In this document: in pieces, positions 1 to 7,728 of the stretch
Layout of the letters: the number at the start of each line of letters is the position of its first letter
How positions within the stretch are numbered: position 1 is the first letter of the stretch
Assembly (NCBI RefSeq): GCF_017876815.1
Contig: NZ_JAGIOS010000003.1
Span: 1,080,001-1,112,000 of the forward strand
Reading direction: 5' to 3'
DNA: 32,000 bases
Origin: Sinorhizobium meliloti
GTDB lineage: Bacteria > Pseudomonadota > Alphaproteobacteria > Rhizobiales > Rhizobiaceae
Notes under the pieces: model-generated
What the model was told of the DNA's origin: nothing
Seen by the model: the letters and a program-made list of their open reading frames with translations, nothing else
The model's database searches: none
Position numbers and translations under genes: made by a program

Positions 1-338
1 GGCCGCTTGAACGCGCCGTCGAAATGGAAACGCGGGTCGGTCATTGCGTCGTCGGCCAGCAGGAAGTCCACTTCACCCCATAGAAGGGAGCGGATCGGAC
101 TGTTGACGACAGGTGCGCCGGCGAGGTCGCCCCAGGCGGTCTCAATGCCCGTCTCATAGGCGGTGTGATAGTTGCCGTCCTCGAGGAGCACACAGACATC
201 GAGATGGTCGTGCGGGATGATGTGCGCGACCTCCGCTGCGACGGAGCGAATGGCCGAGCGAAAGTCGAGCTGGCCCGCAAGCAGCCGGGAGATGCCGAGA
301 TAATGATCAAACATGGCTGCGGGTGCGGAATGCAGCAT
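1..338 (-). CDS. GAF-domain transcriptional regulator, N-terminal ~112 codons only (gene runs off the left edge)
   Basis: Absent from the ORF track because it has no stop in the window. The reverse complement of 3..338 is open. It starts at ATG (complement of 336..338), 7 nt after GGAGGA (complement of 346..351). Translation: MLHSAPAAMFDHYLGISRLLAGQLDFRSAIRSVAAEVAHIIPHDHLDVCVLLEDGNYHTAYETGIETAWGDLAGAPVVNSPIRSLLWGEVDFLLADDAMTDPRFHFDGAFKR. I recognise this as a GAF-type sensor N-terminus of AcoR/Fis-like activators, from memory only. Confidence 0.55.
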   Translation of the reverse strand, partial: MLHSAPAAMFDHYLGISRLLAGQLDFRSAIRSVAAEVAHIIPHDHLDVCVLLEDGNYHTAYETGIETAWGDLAGAPVVNSPIRSLLWGEVDFLLADDAMTDPRFHFDGAFKR

Positions 339-425
339 GGTGGGTTCCTCCAGAAACGGCAGGCTCCTCAACCCGCCGCAATCGCTTTGCCAGTAAGCGC
401 CCGCGGGAGCGCCGCCGTCTTGCGT

Positions 426-455
426 AAACCCGCAGCTTGTACCGCAAAACCCGCA
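426..455 (+). promoter_or_regulatory. Direct repeat AAACCCGCA x2, 21 bp apart, in the divergent regulator/transporter intergenic region
   Basis: AAACCCGCA occurs at 426..434 and 447..455. A related CAACCCGCCGCA lies at 369..380. Function is inferred from position only. Confidence 0.25.
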
Positions 456-611
456 AACATCTTGCCGCCTTGCGCCTGTACAGGTCCGCCGATCTCCCGC
501 ATCCTGCCCTTACTGAGAGGAGGAAGCTCAGTGCAAGAACAATCTCACTCGAACCGATTGGCCGGGACGGGTGAAGCGATCGCCTGCCAGGCGATCATGA
601 GGGAGAGAGAC

Positions 612-1628
612 ATGACCATCCGTAAGATGCTTCTGGCATCGGCCGCGATCACTTGCGCCGCGATGCCCGCCTCCGCATTTGCCGACACCTCGGCCAAGAA
701 GATCGCCCTTTCGAACAACTATGCCGGCAATTCGTGGCGCCAGGCCATGCTGACGAGTTGGGAAAAGGTGACGGGCGAAGCCGTGAAGGCCGGCATCGTC
801 GCCTCGGCCGACGCCTTCACCACCGCCGAGAACCAGGCAACGGAACAGGCCGCGCAGATACAGAACATGATCCTGCAGGGCTATGACGCGATCGTGCTGA
901 ACGCCGCCTCCCCGACAGCGCTGAACGGCGCGGTCAAGGAGGCCTGCGATGCCGGCATTACCGTCGTCTCCTTCGACGGCATCGTGACCGAACCCTGCGC
1001 CTGGCGCATTGCCGTCGATTTCAAGGAAATGGGCCGCAGTCAGGTCGAGTATCTTTCGAACAAGCTTCCGGACGGCGGCAATCTGCTTGAGATCCGCGGC
1101 CTTGCCGGCGTATTCGTCGACGACGAGATCTCGGCCGGCATCCATGAGGGCGTCAAGCAGTTCCCCCAGTTCAAGATCGCCGGCTCCGTGCACGGAGACT
1201 GGGCGCAGGACGTGGCGCAGAAGGCCGTTGCCGGCATCCTGCCGAGCTTGCCTGACATTGTCGGCGTGGTGACGCAGGGCGGAGACGGTTATGGTGCCGC
1301 GCAGGCCATCGCCGCGACCGACCGGAAGATGCCGATCATCGTGATGGGCAATCGCGAGGATGAACTGAAATGGTGGAAGGAGCAGAAGGATGCGAACGGC
1401 TATGAGACCATGTCGGTCTCGATAGCGCCTGGTGTCTCCACTCTCGCCTTCTGGGTCGCCCAGCAGATCCTCGACGGCAAGGAGGTAAAGAAGGACCTCG
1501 TCGTTCCCTTTCTGCGCATAGATCAGGACAATCTCGAAGCGAACCTCGCAAATACGCAGGCCGGTGGCGTCGCCAATGTGGAGTACACGCAGGAAGACGC
1601 GATCAAGGTCATCGAGTCGGCAAAGTGA
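612..1628 (+). CDS. Sugar ABC transporter periplasmic substrate-binding protein (ribose/PBP1-like)
   Basis: Track ORF 165..1628, trimmed to the ATG at 612 (MTIRKMLLASAAITCAAMPASAFA, a signal peptide) behind a GGGAGAGAGA purine tract. The mature part (KKIALSNNYAGNSWRQAM...VLNAASP...VVSFDG) is typical of the PBP1 sugar-binding family. Confidence 0.9.
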   Translation: MTIRKMLLASAAITCAAMPASAFADTSAKKIALSNNYAGNSWRQAMLTSWEKVTGEAVKAGIVASADAFTTAENQATEQAAQIQNMILQGYDAIVLNAASPTALNGAVKEACDAGITVVSFDGIVTEPCAWRIAVDFKEMGRSQVEYLSNKLPDGGNLLEIRGLAGVFVDDEISAGIHEGVKQFPQFKIAGSVHGDWAQDVAQKAVAGILPSLPDIVGVVTQGGDGYGAAQAIAATDRKMPIIVMGNREDELKWWKEQKDANGYETMSVSIAPGVSTLAFWVAQQILDGKEVKKDLVVPFLRIDQDNLEANLANTQAGGVANVEYTQEDAIKVIESAK

Positions 1629-1642
1629 AAATCTCCCGGTGG

Positions 1643-1674
1643 CTGCCGCGTGGCCGTAGATGACCGCGCGGCAG
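1643..1674 (+). promoter_or_regulatory. Intercistronic stem-loop between the binding-protein and ATPase genes
   Basis: CTGCCGCG (1643..1650) pairs perfectly with CGCGGCAG (1667..1674). Two or three more inner pairs are possible. It is followed by TCTTGTTG. Confidence 0.35.
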
Positions 1675-1687
1675 TCTTGTTGAGCAG

Positions 1688-3151
1688 ATGATGGCGAGCA
1701 GTATGGACGACGTAGCGAAGGCGATCATTGCGGTCGACGGCGCCAAAGTGAGCTTCGGCGCAGTCAAGGCGCTCGACGGCGTCACGCTTCGTGTCATGCC
1801 CGGCGAATGCGTTGGGCTCGTCGGACATAATGGGGCCGGCAAGTCCACAATCGTCAGCGTGATCAATGGCGGCCTCATGCCGCACCACGGAATCGTCACG
1901 AGTGACGGCGAGCGGCAGGAACGCTACGGCATCAATGCCGCCCGCGACCGAGGCGTGCGCTGCGTCTTTCAGGAGCTGTCCCTCTGCCCCAACCTCTCCA
2001 TCGTTGAGAACACCCGTCTTGTACATCGCACTCTCGGCGGATTCGGCTGGCGTTTGCGGGCTGCGAAGATCATCGAGAAGAGCCTCGACGCGGTCTTCCC
2101 CGGCCATGGCATCGACAGCGGCCGGACCGTGGGAGATCTTTCGATCGCCGAACGGCAGATGGTCGAAATCGCTTTGGCCTTTTCCGATGCCGGCACTCCC
2201 GCGCGGCTGGTGATCCTGGACGAACCGACATCGTCGCTCGATGCAAGCCTCGCCCGTCAGATGCTCGACCATGTCCGCCGCTTCATCGCCGCGGGCGGAT
2301 CCGTCATCTTCATCTCGCATATCCTGCACGAGATCCTCGAGACCGCCGACCGTATCGTCGTCATGAAGGACGGCCGCGTCGTCGCCGAACGTCCGGCGCA
2401 CCGCTTCGACCATCACGGGCTCGTGGAGGCAATGGGGAGCGTAGCGAAGGCGGAAACGCGGCAGCGACCGGTGCGCGACCAATCCGCGGCACCAGTCATT
2501 CTGTCCCATCAGGCAGCGGGTATTCCATTCACGGCGCGCACCGGCGAGATCATCGGCCTCGCTGGCCTGGCTGGCCACGGACAGACCGAACTCCTCCTCG
2601 CGCTGCATGCCGCCCGGTCCGGCAACTGGCTGCCGCAGGGTAATCCGCTCGTCACCTTCGTCGCCGGCGACCGCCGCCTCAATGGGATTTTCGAACTGTG
2701 GAGCATCCTGCGTAACTTCTCCATCGCCTCGCTCGGTGACATGTCCCGCCGCGGTCTCGTCCTCGAAGCCGGCGAAAAGACGAGGGGAACGGCCTGGAAA
2801 GAACGGATCGAAATACGCACGCCCGATTTGAATAACCGCATCCTGTCGCTTTCCGGCGGCAACCAGCAGAAGGTGCTCTTCGCCCGTGCACTCGCCACGC
2901 GCGCACCAATCGTTCTGATGGACGATCCGATGCGCGGCGTGGACGTCGGGACCAAGCAGGAAGTCTATGCGATCATCCGCGAGGAGGCGGCGGCCGGCCG
3001 CACCTTCATCTGGTACTCGACGGAAATGGACGAGGTTTGCCTCTGCGACCGGGTCTATGTGTTCCGCGAGGGCCGCATCACGGCCGAACTCGGTGGCGAT
3101 GCCATCGACGAAGCGAACATTATCTCCGCGTCCTTCGAGGGGACCGCATGA
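1688..3151 (+). CDS. Sugar ABC transporter ATP-binding protein (two fused NBDs)
   Basis: 487 aa. Walker A GHNGAGKST, signature LSIAERQMVEIA, Walker B LVILDEPTSSLD. The second half has LSGGNQQKV and IVLMDDPMRGVD. This is the duplicated-NBD architecture of the monosaccharide (CUT2-type) importers. Confidence 0.92.
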   Translation: MMASSMDDVAKAIIAVDGAKVSFGAVKALDGVTLRVMPGECVGLVGHNGAGKSTIVSVINGGLMPHHGIVTSDGERQERYGINAARDRGVRCVFQELSLCPNLSIVENTRLVHRTLGGFGWRLRAAKIIEKSLDAVFPGHGIDSGRTVGDLSIAERQMVEIALAFSDAGTPARLVILDEPTSSLDASLARQMLDHVRRFIAAGGSVIFISHILHEILETADRIVVMKDGRVVAERPAHRFDHHGLVEAMGSVAKAETRQRPVRDQSAAPVILSHQAAGIPFTARTGEIIGLAGLAGHGQTELLLALHAARSGNWLPQGNPLVTFVAGDRRLNGIFELWSILRNFSIASLGDMSRRGLVLEAGEKTRGTAWKERIEIRTPDLNNRILSLSGGNQQKVLFARALATRAPIVLMDDPMRGVDVGTKQEVYAIIREEAAAGRTFIWYSTEMDEVCLCDRVYVFREGRITAELGGDAIDEANIISASFEGTA

Positions 3152-4095
3152 CGTTCCGCCTGTCCTCCGACGCCATTCGCCTTGTCATTCCCGCTCTATC
3201 GCTGTCGCTGCTGCTGGCCGCGGTGTTCTGGCTGCAACCGCGCGCCATGAGCTATATCGGCCTTAACCTGCTGTTCAACCTTGCCGTGCCGATCGCGCTC
3301 GCGACGATCGCGCAGATGCTCGTGATGGCGGTGAACGATCTCGATCTCTCGATGGGCGCCTTCGTCAGCTTCGTCGCGTGCGTGACCGCGACTTTCCTGC
3401 GGGACGCGCCGGCAATCGGCATCCTGATCCTCGCCGGCGCGGTCGCAGCCTATGCGGCGATCGGCGTCGTCATCCATTTGCGCAACCTGCCGTCTATCGT
3501 CGTCACCCTCGGCATGAGCTTCGTCTGGGGCGGCCTTGCGGTGCTGTTGCTGCCGGCACCGGGCGGGCAGGCGCCCGACTGGGTGCGGTGGCTGATGACC
3601 GTCAAGCCGCCCCTGGCCCCGATGGCGATCGTCGCCAGCATCATAATCGCCGTCATTGCGCATTTCATCGTCAAGCGGTCCTCGCTCGGCGTTCTGATCC
3701 GTGGCGTCGGCGGCAACCAGCGCTCGGTGGAGCGCGCCGGCTGGTCGATCGTCGCTGCGCGCGCGACCGCCTATGCCCTCGCCGGCCTCTTTGCGGTTCT
3801 AGCCGGCATCGCCCTCGTCGGCTTGACCACTTCGGCCGATGCCAATATTGCGCTGCGCTACACGCTGCTGTCGATCGCCGGCGTCATCCTCGGGGGCGGT
3901 GAATTCACAGGCGGCCGCGTCTCTCCCATTGGCGCCGTCATCGGGGCGCTAACTCTGACGCTTGCCGGCTCGTTCCTCTCTTTCCTGCGCATCTCACCGG
4001 ATTGGCAGATTGGGGCGCAGGGTGCGATTTTGATCATCGTGCTCGCGCTCCGCCTGATGCTGAACCGCCTCGAGAGGCGGGAGAAACGCCGATGA
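3148..4095 (+). CDS. ABC transporter permease
   Basis: Track ORF 3037..4095, trimmed to the ATG at 3148, which overlaps the ATPase stop (ATGA). The product is polytopic and hydrophobic (MTFRLSSDAIRLVIPALSLSLLLAAVF...), branched-chain/ribose-type permease-like. Confidence 0.9.
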   Translation: MTFRLSSDAIRLVIPALSLSLLLAAVFWLQPRAMSYIGLNLLFNLAVPIALATIAQMLVMAVNDLDLSMGAFVSFVACVTATFLRDAPAIGILILAGAVAAYAAIGVVIHLRNLPSIVVTLGMSFVWGGLAVLLLPAPGGQAPDWVRWLMTVKPPLAPMAIVASIIIAVIAHFIVKRSSLGVLIRGVGGNQRSVERAGWSIVAARATAYALAGLFAVLAGIALVGLTTSADANIALRYTLLSIAGVILGGGEFTGGRVSPIGAVIGALTLTLAGSFLSFLRISPDWQIGAQGAILIIVLALRLMLNRLERREKRR

Positions 4096-5039
4096 ACGCA
4101 CTTATTCGCCAGTTCGGCAAACCTTGGGTCTGGTCGTGGCTTGCCGCCTTTATCGTCTGGTTCCTGACGATCATGGTGACGGGCGGCGCCGGCACGCTCG
4201 GACTGTCGCAGGCAGCGCTCACCTTTGCGGCCTTCTCGGTGATCGTCGGCATCGGGCAGATGTTCGTCATCACCCTCGGCCCCGGAAACATCGACCTCTC
4301 GGTTCCCGCTACCATGACGCTCGCCGGCACGGTGGCACTGAAGCTGATGAATGTCGAAAACGGCATGGTCCTGCCCGGCCTTCTCCTTGCCGTCTTCATT
4401 GGCCTTGGCGTCGGCCTTTGCAACTATACGCTTATCAAGGCGCTGCGCATCCCGCCAATTATCGCAACGCTCTCCATGAGCTTCGTCGTCCAGTCCGGCG
4501 CGATCTGGACGAACCGCGGTCTTCGTATCAAGCCCCCGAGCGTGCTTGCGGAATTTACCACCACCAATACGCTTGGCGTCCCGAACGTGGCGATCGTCGC
4601 TGTCCTGATCTCCATCCTCGCCTGGATCCTGCTCGAGAAGACGATCTACGGCCGCTGGATCTCGGCCATCGGCCAGAGCATGCCGGCCGCGCGCATGGCA
4701 GGCATCCCGGTCGACGGCACGCGCTTCGTCACCTACCTGTTCTGTGCCGTGCTCGCTTCGATCAGCGGCTATCTGCTCGCCTGCTTCTCCGGCGGCGCGG
4801 CGCTCAACATGGGCGCGGAATATCTTCTGATGTCGATCGCCGTCGTCGTGATCGGCGGCACAGCGGTGGCCGGCGGCGATTCCAACGTGCCCGGCATCTG
4901 GGGCGCATCGCTCTTCATGTTCCTCGTGGTCTCCATGCTCAACACCTATGGGCTCGGCGCAGGCATTCGCCTCATCATGACCGGCCTCATCATCATCAGC
5001 GTCATCATGCTCGCCGGCGGTCGCCGGGGCATGCGATAA
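4092..5039 (+). CDS. ABC transporter permease (second subunit)
   Basis: Track ORF 4002..5039, trimmed to the ATG at 4092, which overlaps the preceding stop (ATGA). Starts MNALIRQFGKPWVWSWLAAFIVWF... Polytopic. Confidence 0.9.
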   Translation: MNALIRQFGKPWVWSWLAAFIVWFLTIMVTGGAGTLGLSQAALTFAAFSVIVGIGQMFVITLGPGNIDLSVPATMTLAGTVALKLMNVENGMVLPGLLLAVFIGLGVGLCNYTLIKALRIPPIIATLSMSFVVQSGAIWTNRGLRIKPPSVLAEFTTTNTLGVPNVAIVAVLISILAWILLEKTIYGRWISAIGQSMPAARMAGIPVDGTRFVTYLFCAVLASISGYLLACFSGGAALNMGAEYLLMSIAVVVIGGTAVAGGDSNVPGIWGASLFMFLVVSMLNTYGLGAGIRLIMTGLIIISVIMLAGGRRGMR

Positions 5040-5053
5040 ACGGAAAGACTGCC

Positions 5054-5968
5054 ATGGCCGAGGCCTCCATCTACGAAATCCACGACCCGCGCTTCCGGCA
5101 GATGATCGTGACCAGCGCTGGGCTCGACGAGCTCTATTCCGGCTGCCGCTGGGCGGAAGGTCCCGTCTGGTTCAACGACGCGAACCAGCTCCTGTGGAGC
5201 GACATTCCCAATCAGCGCATTCTGCGATGGACGCCGGAGGGCGGCGTTTCCGTCTATCGGCAACCGTCGAATTTTACCAATGGACATACGCGCGACAGGC
5301 GGGGGCGGCTCATCTCCTGCGAGCACGGCACGCGCCGCGTCACGCGCACCGAGGTGGACGGTTCGATCACCGTGCTCGCCGATCGTTTCGAAGGCAGGCG
5401 GCTCAATTCGCCGAACGACGTGGTGGTGAAGTCGGATGGCACAATCTGGTTCACCGATCCCACCTACGGCATCATGTCCGACTACGAAGGCTATCACGCC
5501 GACCCGGAGCAGCCGACACGCAACGTGTACCGGCTCGATCCGGAGACCGGCGAGCTTTCGGCAGTCGTGACGGACTTCACCCAGCCGAACGGCCTCGCCT
5601 TCTCGCCCGACGAAAAGATCCTCTACGTGGCGGATTCATCGGCGAGCCATGACGACCGCCTCCCTCGGCACATACGCGCCTTCGACTTGACGGACGGCGG
5701 CCGGCTTGCGAACGGCCGCGTCTTCTGCGTCATCGACAAAGGAATTCCGGACGGCATCCGGACGGACGCGAACGGAAACCTCTGGTCGAGCGCCGGAGAT
5801 GGCGTGCACTGTTTCGACACTGCCGGCAAGCTGATCGGCAAGATTCTCGTTCCGCAGACCGTCGCCAATCTCACATTCGGCGGTCCAAGGCGCAACCGCC
5901 TGTTCATTGCGGCAACCCGCTCGCTTTATTCAGTTTATGTCGCCGTGACGGGATCCCAGGTGCCTTAG
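5054..5968 (+). CDS. SMP-30/gluconolactonase/LRE-family lactonase
   Basis: Only the last 304 aa of the 614-aa track ORF read as protein: MAEASIYEIHDPRFRQMIV...AEGPVWFNDANQLLWSDIPNQRILRW...NGHTRD...NSPNDVVV...PNGLAFSPDEKILYVADS...PDGIRTDANGNLW. These are classic six-bladed propeller lactonase motifs. The gene starts 14 nt after the permease stop. Confidence 0.9.
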   Translation: MAEASIYEIHDPRFRQMIVTSAGLDELYSGCRWAEGPVWFNDANQLLWSDIPNQRILRWTPEGGVSVYRQPSNFTNGHTRDRRGRLISCEHGTRRVTRTEVDGSITVLADRFEGRRLNSPNDVVVKSDGTIWFTDPTYGIMSDYEGYHADPEQPTRNVYRLDPETGELSAVVTDFTQPNGLAFSPDEKILYVADSSASHDDRLPRHIRAFDLTDGGRLANGRVFCVIDKGIPDGIRTDANGNLWSSAGDGVHCFDTAGKLIGKILVPQTVANLTFGGPRRNRLFIAATRSLYSVYVAVTGSQVP

Positions 5969-6008
5969 AGCAATTCGAGGAAAAGTTTGTGACGATTTTC
6001 CTCGAAAC
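5966..6008 (+). repeat. Dispersed intergenic repeat, copy 1 (contains an 11-bp inverted repeat), abutting the lactonase stop codon
   Basis: TAGAGCAATTCGAGGAAAAGTTTGTGACGATTTTCCTCGAAAC. The arms TTCGAGGAAAA (5974..5984) and TTTTCCTCGAA (5996..6006) pair perfectly. A second small hairpin, CGGCC-AAA-GGCCG, lies at 6008..6020. A related copy is at 31942..32000. Confidence 0.5.
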
Positions 6009-6219
6009 GGCCAAAGGCCGTCAATCGTCTGACCGGAGGGTCGACCTCCTTTCAGCGATAGATTTCCGGCGGAGATAGTGAAGTTCGTCGTCGAGCACGT
6101 CTTCTGCAATCTCGATCACCAGGATTTCGGCCGGCCATCGGTGCCGCCCGCAGCGGACCTTCGAACGGTCCTTCATGTCGAAGGAGCTGTTTCCCCGCGA
6201 AAATGCGAACCGGTAATGC

Positions 6220-6271
6220 TCAACCAATCGGTTGACATTTTTCCGTTTCGGCAATACTAAACCATATGGTT
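6220..6271 (+). promoter_or_regulatory. Putative arsR-family promoter with two AACC-N4-GGTT dyads; possibly a leaderless transcript
   Basis: TCAACCAATCGGTTGA (6220..6235) overlaps TTGACA (6232..6237). A 17-nt spacer separates that from TACTAA (6255..6260). The perfect 12-bp palindrome AACCATATGGTT (6260..6271) spans the ATG at 6266. There is no Shine-Dalgarno sequence upstream of the ATG. Confidence 0.35.
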
Positions 6272-6592
6272 GACGAAAAGCTGACTCTGACATTCGCTGC
6301 CCTTGCGGATCCCACCCGGAGGGGAATGCTTGCCGCTCTGACATCTGGTGAGAAGCCTATCAGCGAACTCGCCAGGCCCTATCAGATGACGCTCGCTGGC
6401 GCTGCAAAACATGTCGCGATCTTGGCGCGAGCCGGCCTCATCGAACGACGCAAGGTTGGCCGGCAGAATATCTGCCGGCTGAACGCCGGGAATTTGAAAG
6501 AGGCGAATGACTGGCTCGCCCAGTGGCAGCGGTTCTGGAACGTTCGCCTGGACGCGCTTGAACAGGCCCTAAAGGAGGAGCTGAATCAATGA
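6266..6592 (+). CDS. ArsR/SmtB-family transcriptional regulator
   Basis: 108 aa. LADPTRRGMLAALTSGEKPISELARPYQMTLAGAAKHVAILARAGLIERRKVGRQ is the ArsR winged-helix signature. Confidence 0.9.
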   Translation: MVDEKLTLTFAALADPTRRGMLAALTSGEKPISELARPYQMTLAGAAKHVAILARAGLIERRKVGRQNICRLNAGNLKEANDWLAQWQRFWNVRLDALEQALKEELNQ

Positions 6593-7119
6593 CTGCAGAC
6601 AAGATCTCGCCCGACATGCTTCGCTTTGAACGAATCCTCGCGGCACCTGCCGCTACCGTTTGGCAGTACCTGGTTGATCCCGAGCTCCGCGCGCGCTGGT
6701 TCATGTCGGGTCCAACGGACCTGCAGGTTGGCGGCGCCTTCGGGCTGACCATGGATCACGACCGTCTCTCGGACGAGGTCGTTCCCACGCCGGACCGGTA
6801 CAAACCGTATGTTGGCCATCGCTGGCACGAACGCATTACTCGCTATGAACCACCTCATCTCCTGGCCTTCACATGGGAAGACGGCAAGGCGGGGGAAGTC
6901 ACGTTTGCGCTGACCGAGATAGACAGCGGAACAACACGCTTAGTCCTGACCCACACGGGTCTTCGTGGCTCTGAGGATGCGCTCAACTTCGGTGGTGGCT
7001 GGCACGCACATCTTGCGGTCCTTGAGAAACGGATCGCTGGAATAAGCATTCCTGACTTTTGGGCCCTTCATGCCGTGGCTGAGCGTGAAATGGAAATCGC
7101 GCTAGCTTCTGAGGCGTGA
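6589..7119 (+). CDS. SRPBCC (AHSA1/START-like) domain protein
   Basis: 176 aa, with an ATGA overlap onto arsR. Contains RFERILAAPAATVWQYLVDPELRARWF...LLAFTW...TRLVLTHTGL...GGGWHAHLAVLE. ArsR plus SRPBCC is a common gene pair. Confidence 0.88.
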   Translation: MTADKISPDMLRFERILAAPAATVWQYLVDPELRARWFMSGPTDLQVGGAFGLTMDHDRLSDEVVPTPDRYKPYVGHRWHERITRYEPPHLLAFTWEDGKAGEVTFALTEIDSGTTRLVLTHTGLRGSEDALNFGGGWHAHLAVLEKRIAGISIPDFWALHAVAEREMEIALASEA

Positions 7120-7162
7120 CGAACTCCGGCTCCCGCTGAATACCACCGAAAGGAACCGGGCG

Positions 7163-7622
7163 ATGAGGAACGTTTCACATATTCCACCTACATCCGCTGC
7201 AGCCCCGACGTTCCTTGGCAAGCCCTCGCGATCCAGGAGGTTACCAGGCAGTATTGGGCGGGCACTTGGCAAGAAAGCGATTGGTCGCGGGGCTCTCCAT
7301 GGCGGCTGGTTGCTCCGGATGGGCGGCCAGCGGATTCCGGAGAGGTCATTGAGGCGGATCGACCGAATAGGCTTGTGATTTTCTGGCGCGACGAGCTTCA
7401 TGAGGACCTCCGCCAGGAGGGGCATTCCGAGGTTAGCTACGTCATCGAAGATGATCGACACGTCGGTAAAGCTGACGGTCCTCCAATAATCCGAAGTGGA
7501 AAACTCCCGTTGCCATCGCTGCTATCTCGAAGGGATGGCCTCATCTCATTGCTAGCGTCAAATCTCTTCTGGAGACGGGCTACCCGTTGGAAGAAACAAT
7601 GGCGGGGCGCGTAGACCTTTGA
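7163..7622 (+). pseudogene. Second SRPBCC-family gene, disrupted by multiple frameshifts
   Basis: The homologous reading (RFTYSTYIRCSPDVPWQALAIQEVTRQYWAGTWQESDWSRGSPWRLVAPDGRPADSGEVIEADRPNRLVIFWRDEL...SEVSYVIEDD) is in the frame of codon 7171. That frame has no start codon. The only ATG (7163) is in another frame. VKLTVLQ-stop (7466..7489) is in a second frame. The conserved C-terminus NNPKWKTPVAIAAISKGWPHLIASVKSLLETGYPLEETMAGRVDL (7485..7622) is in a third frame. Confidence 0.7.
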
Positions 7623-7728
7623 TGTCGGATCACGATGTCGCGCCCGCCGCAGCTACGTAAGCTATCTCGGGTCGATGACCAGAAGGCGGCTTAGCGATCA
7701 GATAGCGAAGCAAAATTGCTCCACGTGT

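Noticed and set aside
165-611. N-terminal 149-aa extension of the track ORF 165..1628
   Set aside because: The extension is Arg/Cys/Pro-rich nonsense and overlaps the divergent regulator's 5' end. A signal peptide and a purine-rich tract mark the real start at 612.
339-611. Search for a sigma-54 -24/-12 promoter (TGGCAC-N5-TTGC) downstream of the GAF regulator
   Set aside because: No GG-N10-GC element with acceptable flanks was found by eye, so the regulator class cannot be inferred from the promoter.
1523-2608. 361-aa minus-strand ORF antisense to the ABC ATPase
   Set aside because: This is a typical high-GC antisense open frame. It has no recognisable motifs and lies entirely inside a well-supported CDS. 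The same reasoning applies to 528..1193, 9363..10055, 12556..13293, 17514..18335, 23750..24625, 25186..25677 and 25708..26316.
4124-5053. 5' two-thirds of the 614-aa track ORF 4124..5968
   Set aside because: It is an out-of-frame reading through the second permease gene, and the text is Arg/His/Pro-rich. Only the last 304 aa, from the ATG at 5054, form the lactonase.
6021-6344. 107-aa minus-strand ORF in the lactonase/arsR gap, considered as a small toxin-like gene
   Set aside because: Its 5' part overlaps the arsR coding start. It has no SD and no recognisable toxin or antitoxin motif, and the composition does not look like coding sequence. The region is better explained as a repeat, hairpins and the arsR promoter.
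7102-7461. 119-aa minus-strand ORF
   Set aside because: It lies antisense to the SRPBCC pseudogene, whose plus-strand frames carry clear family homology.
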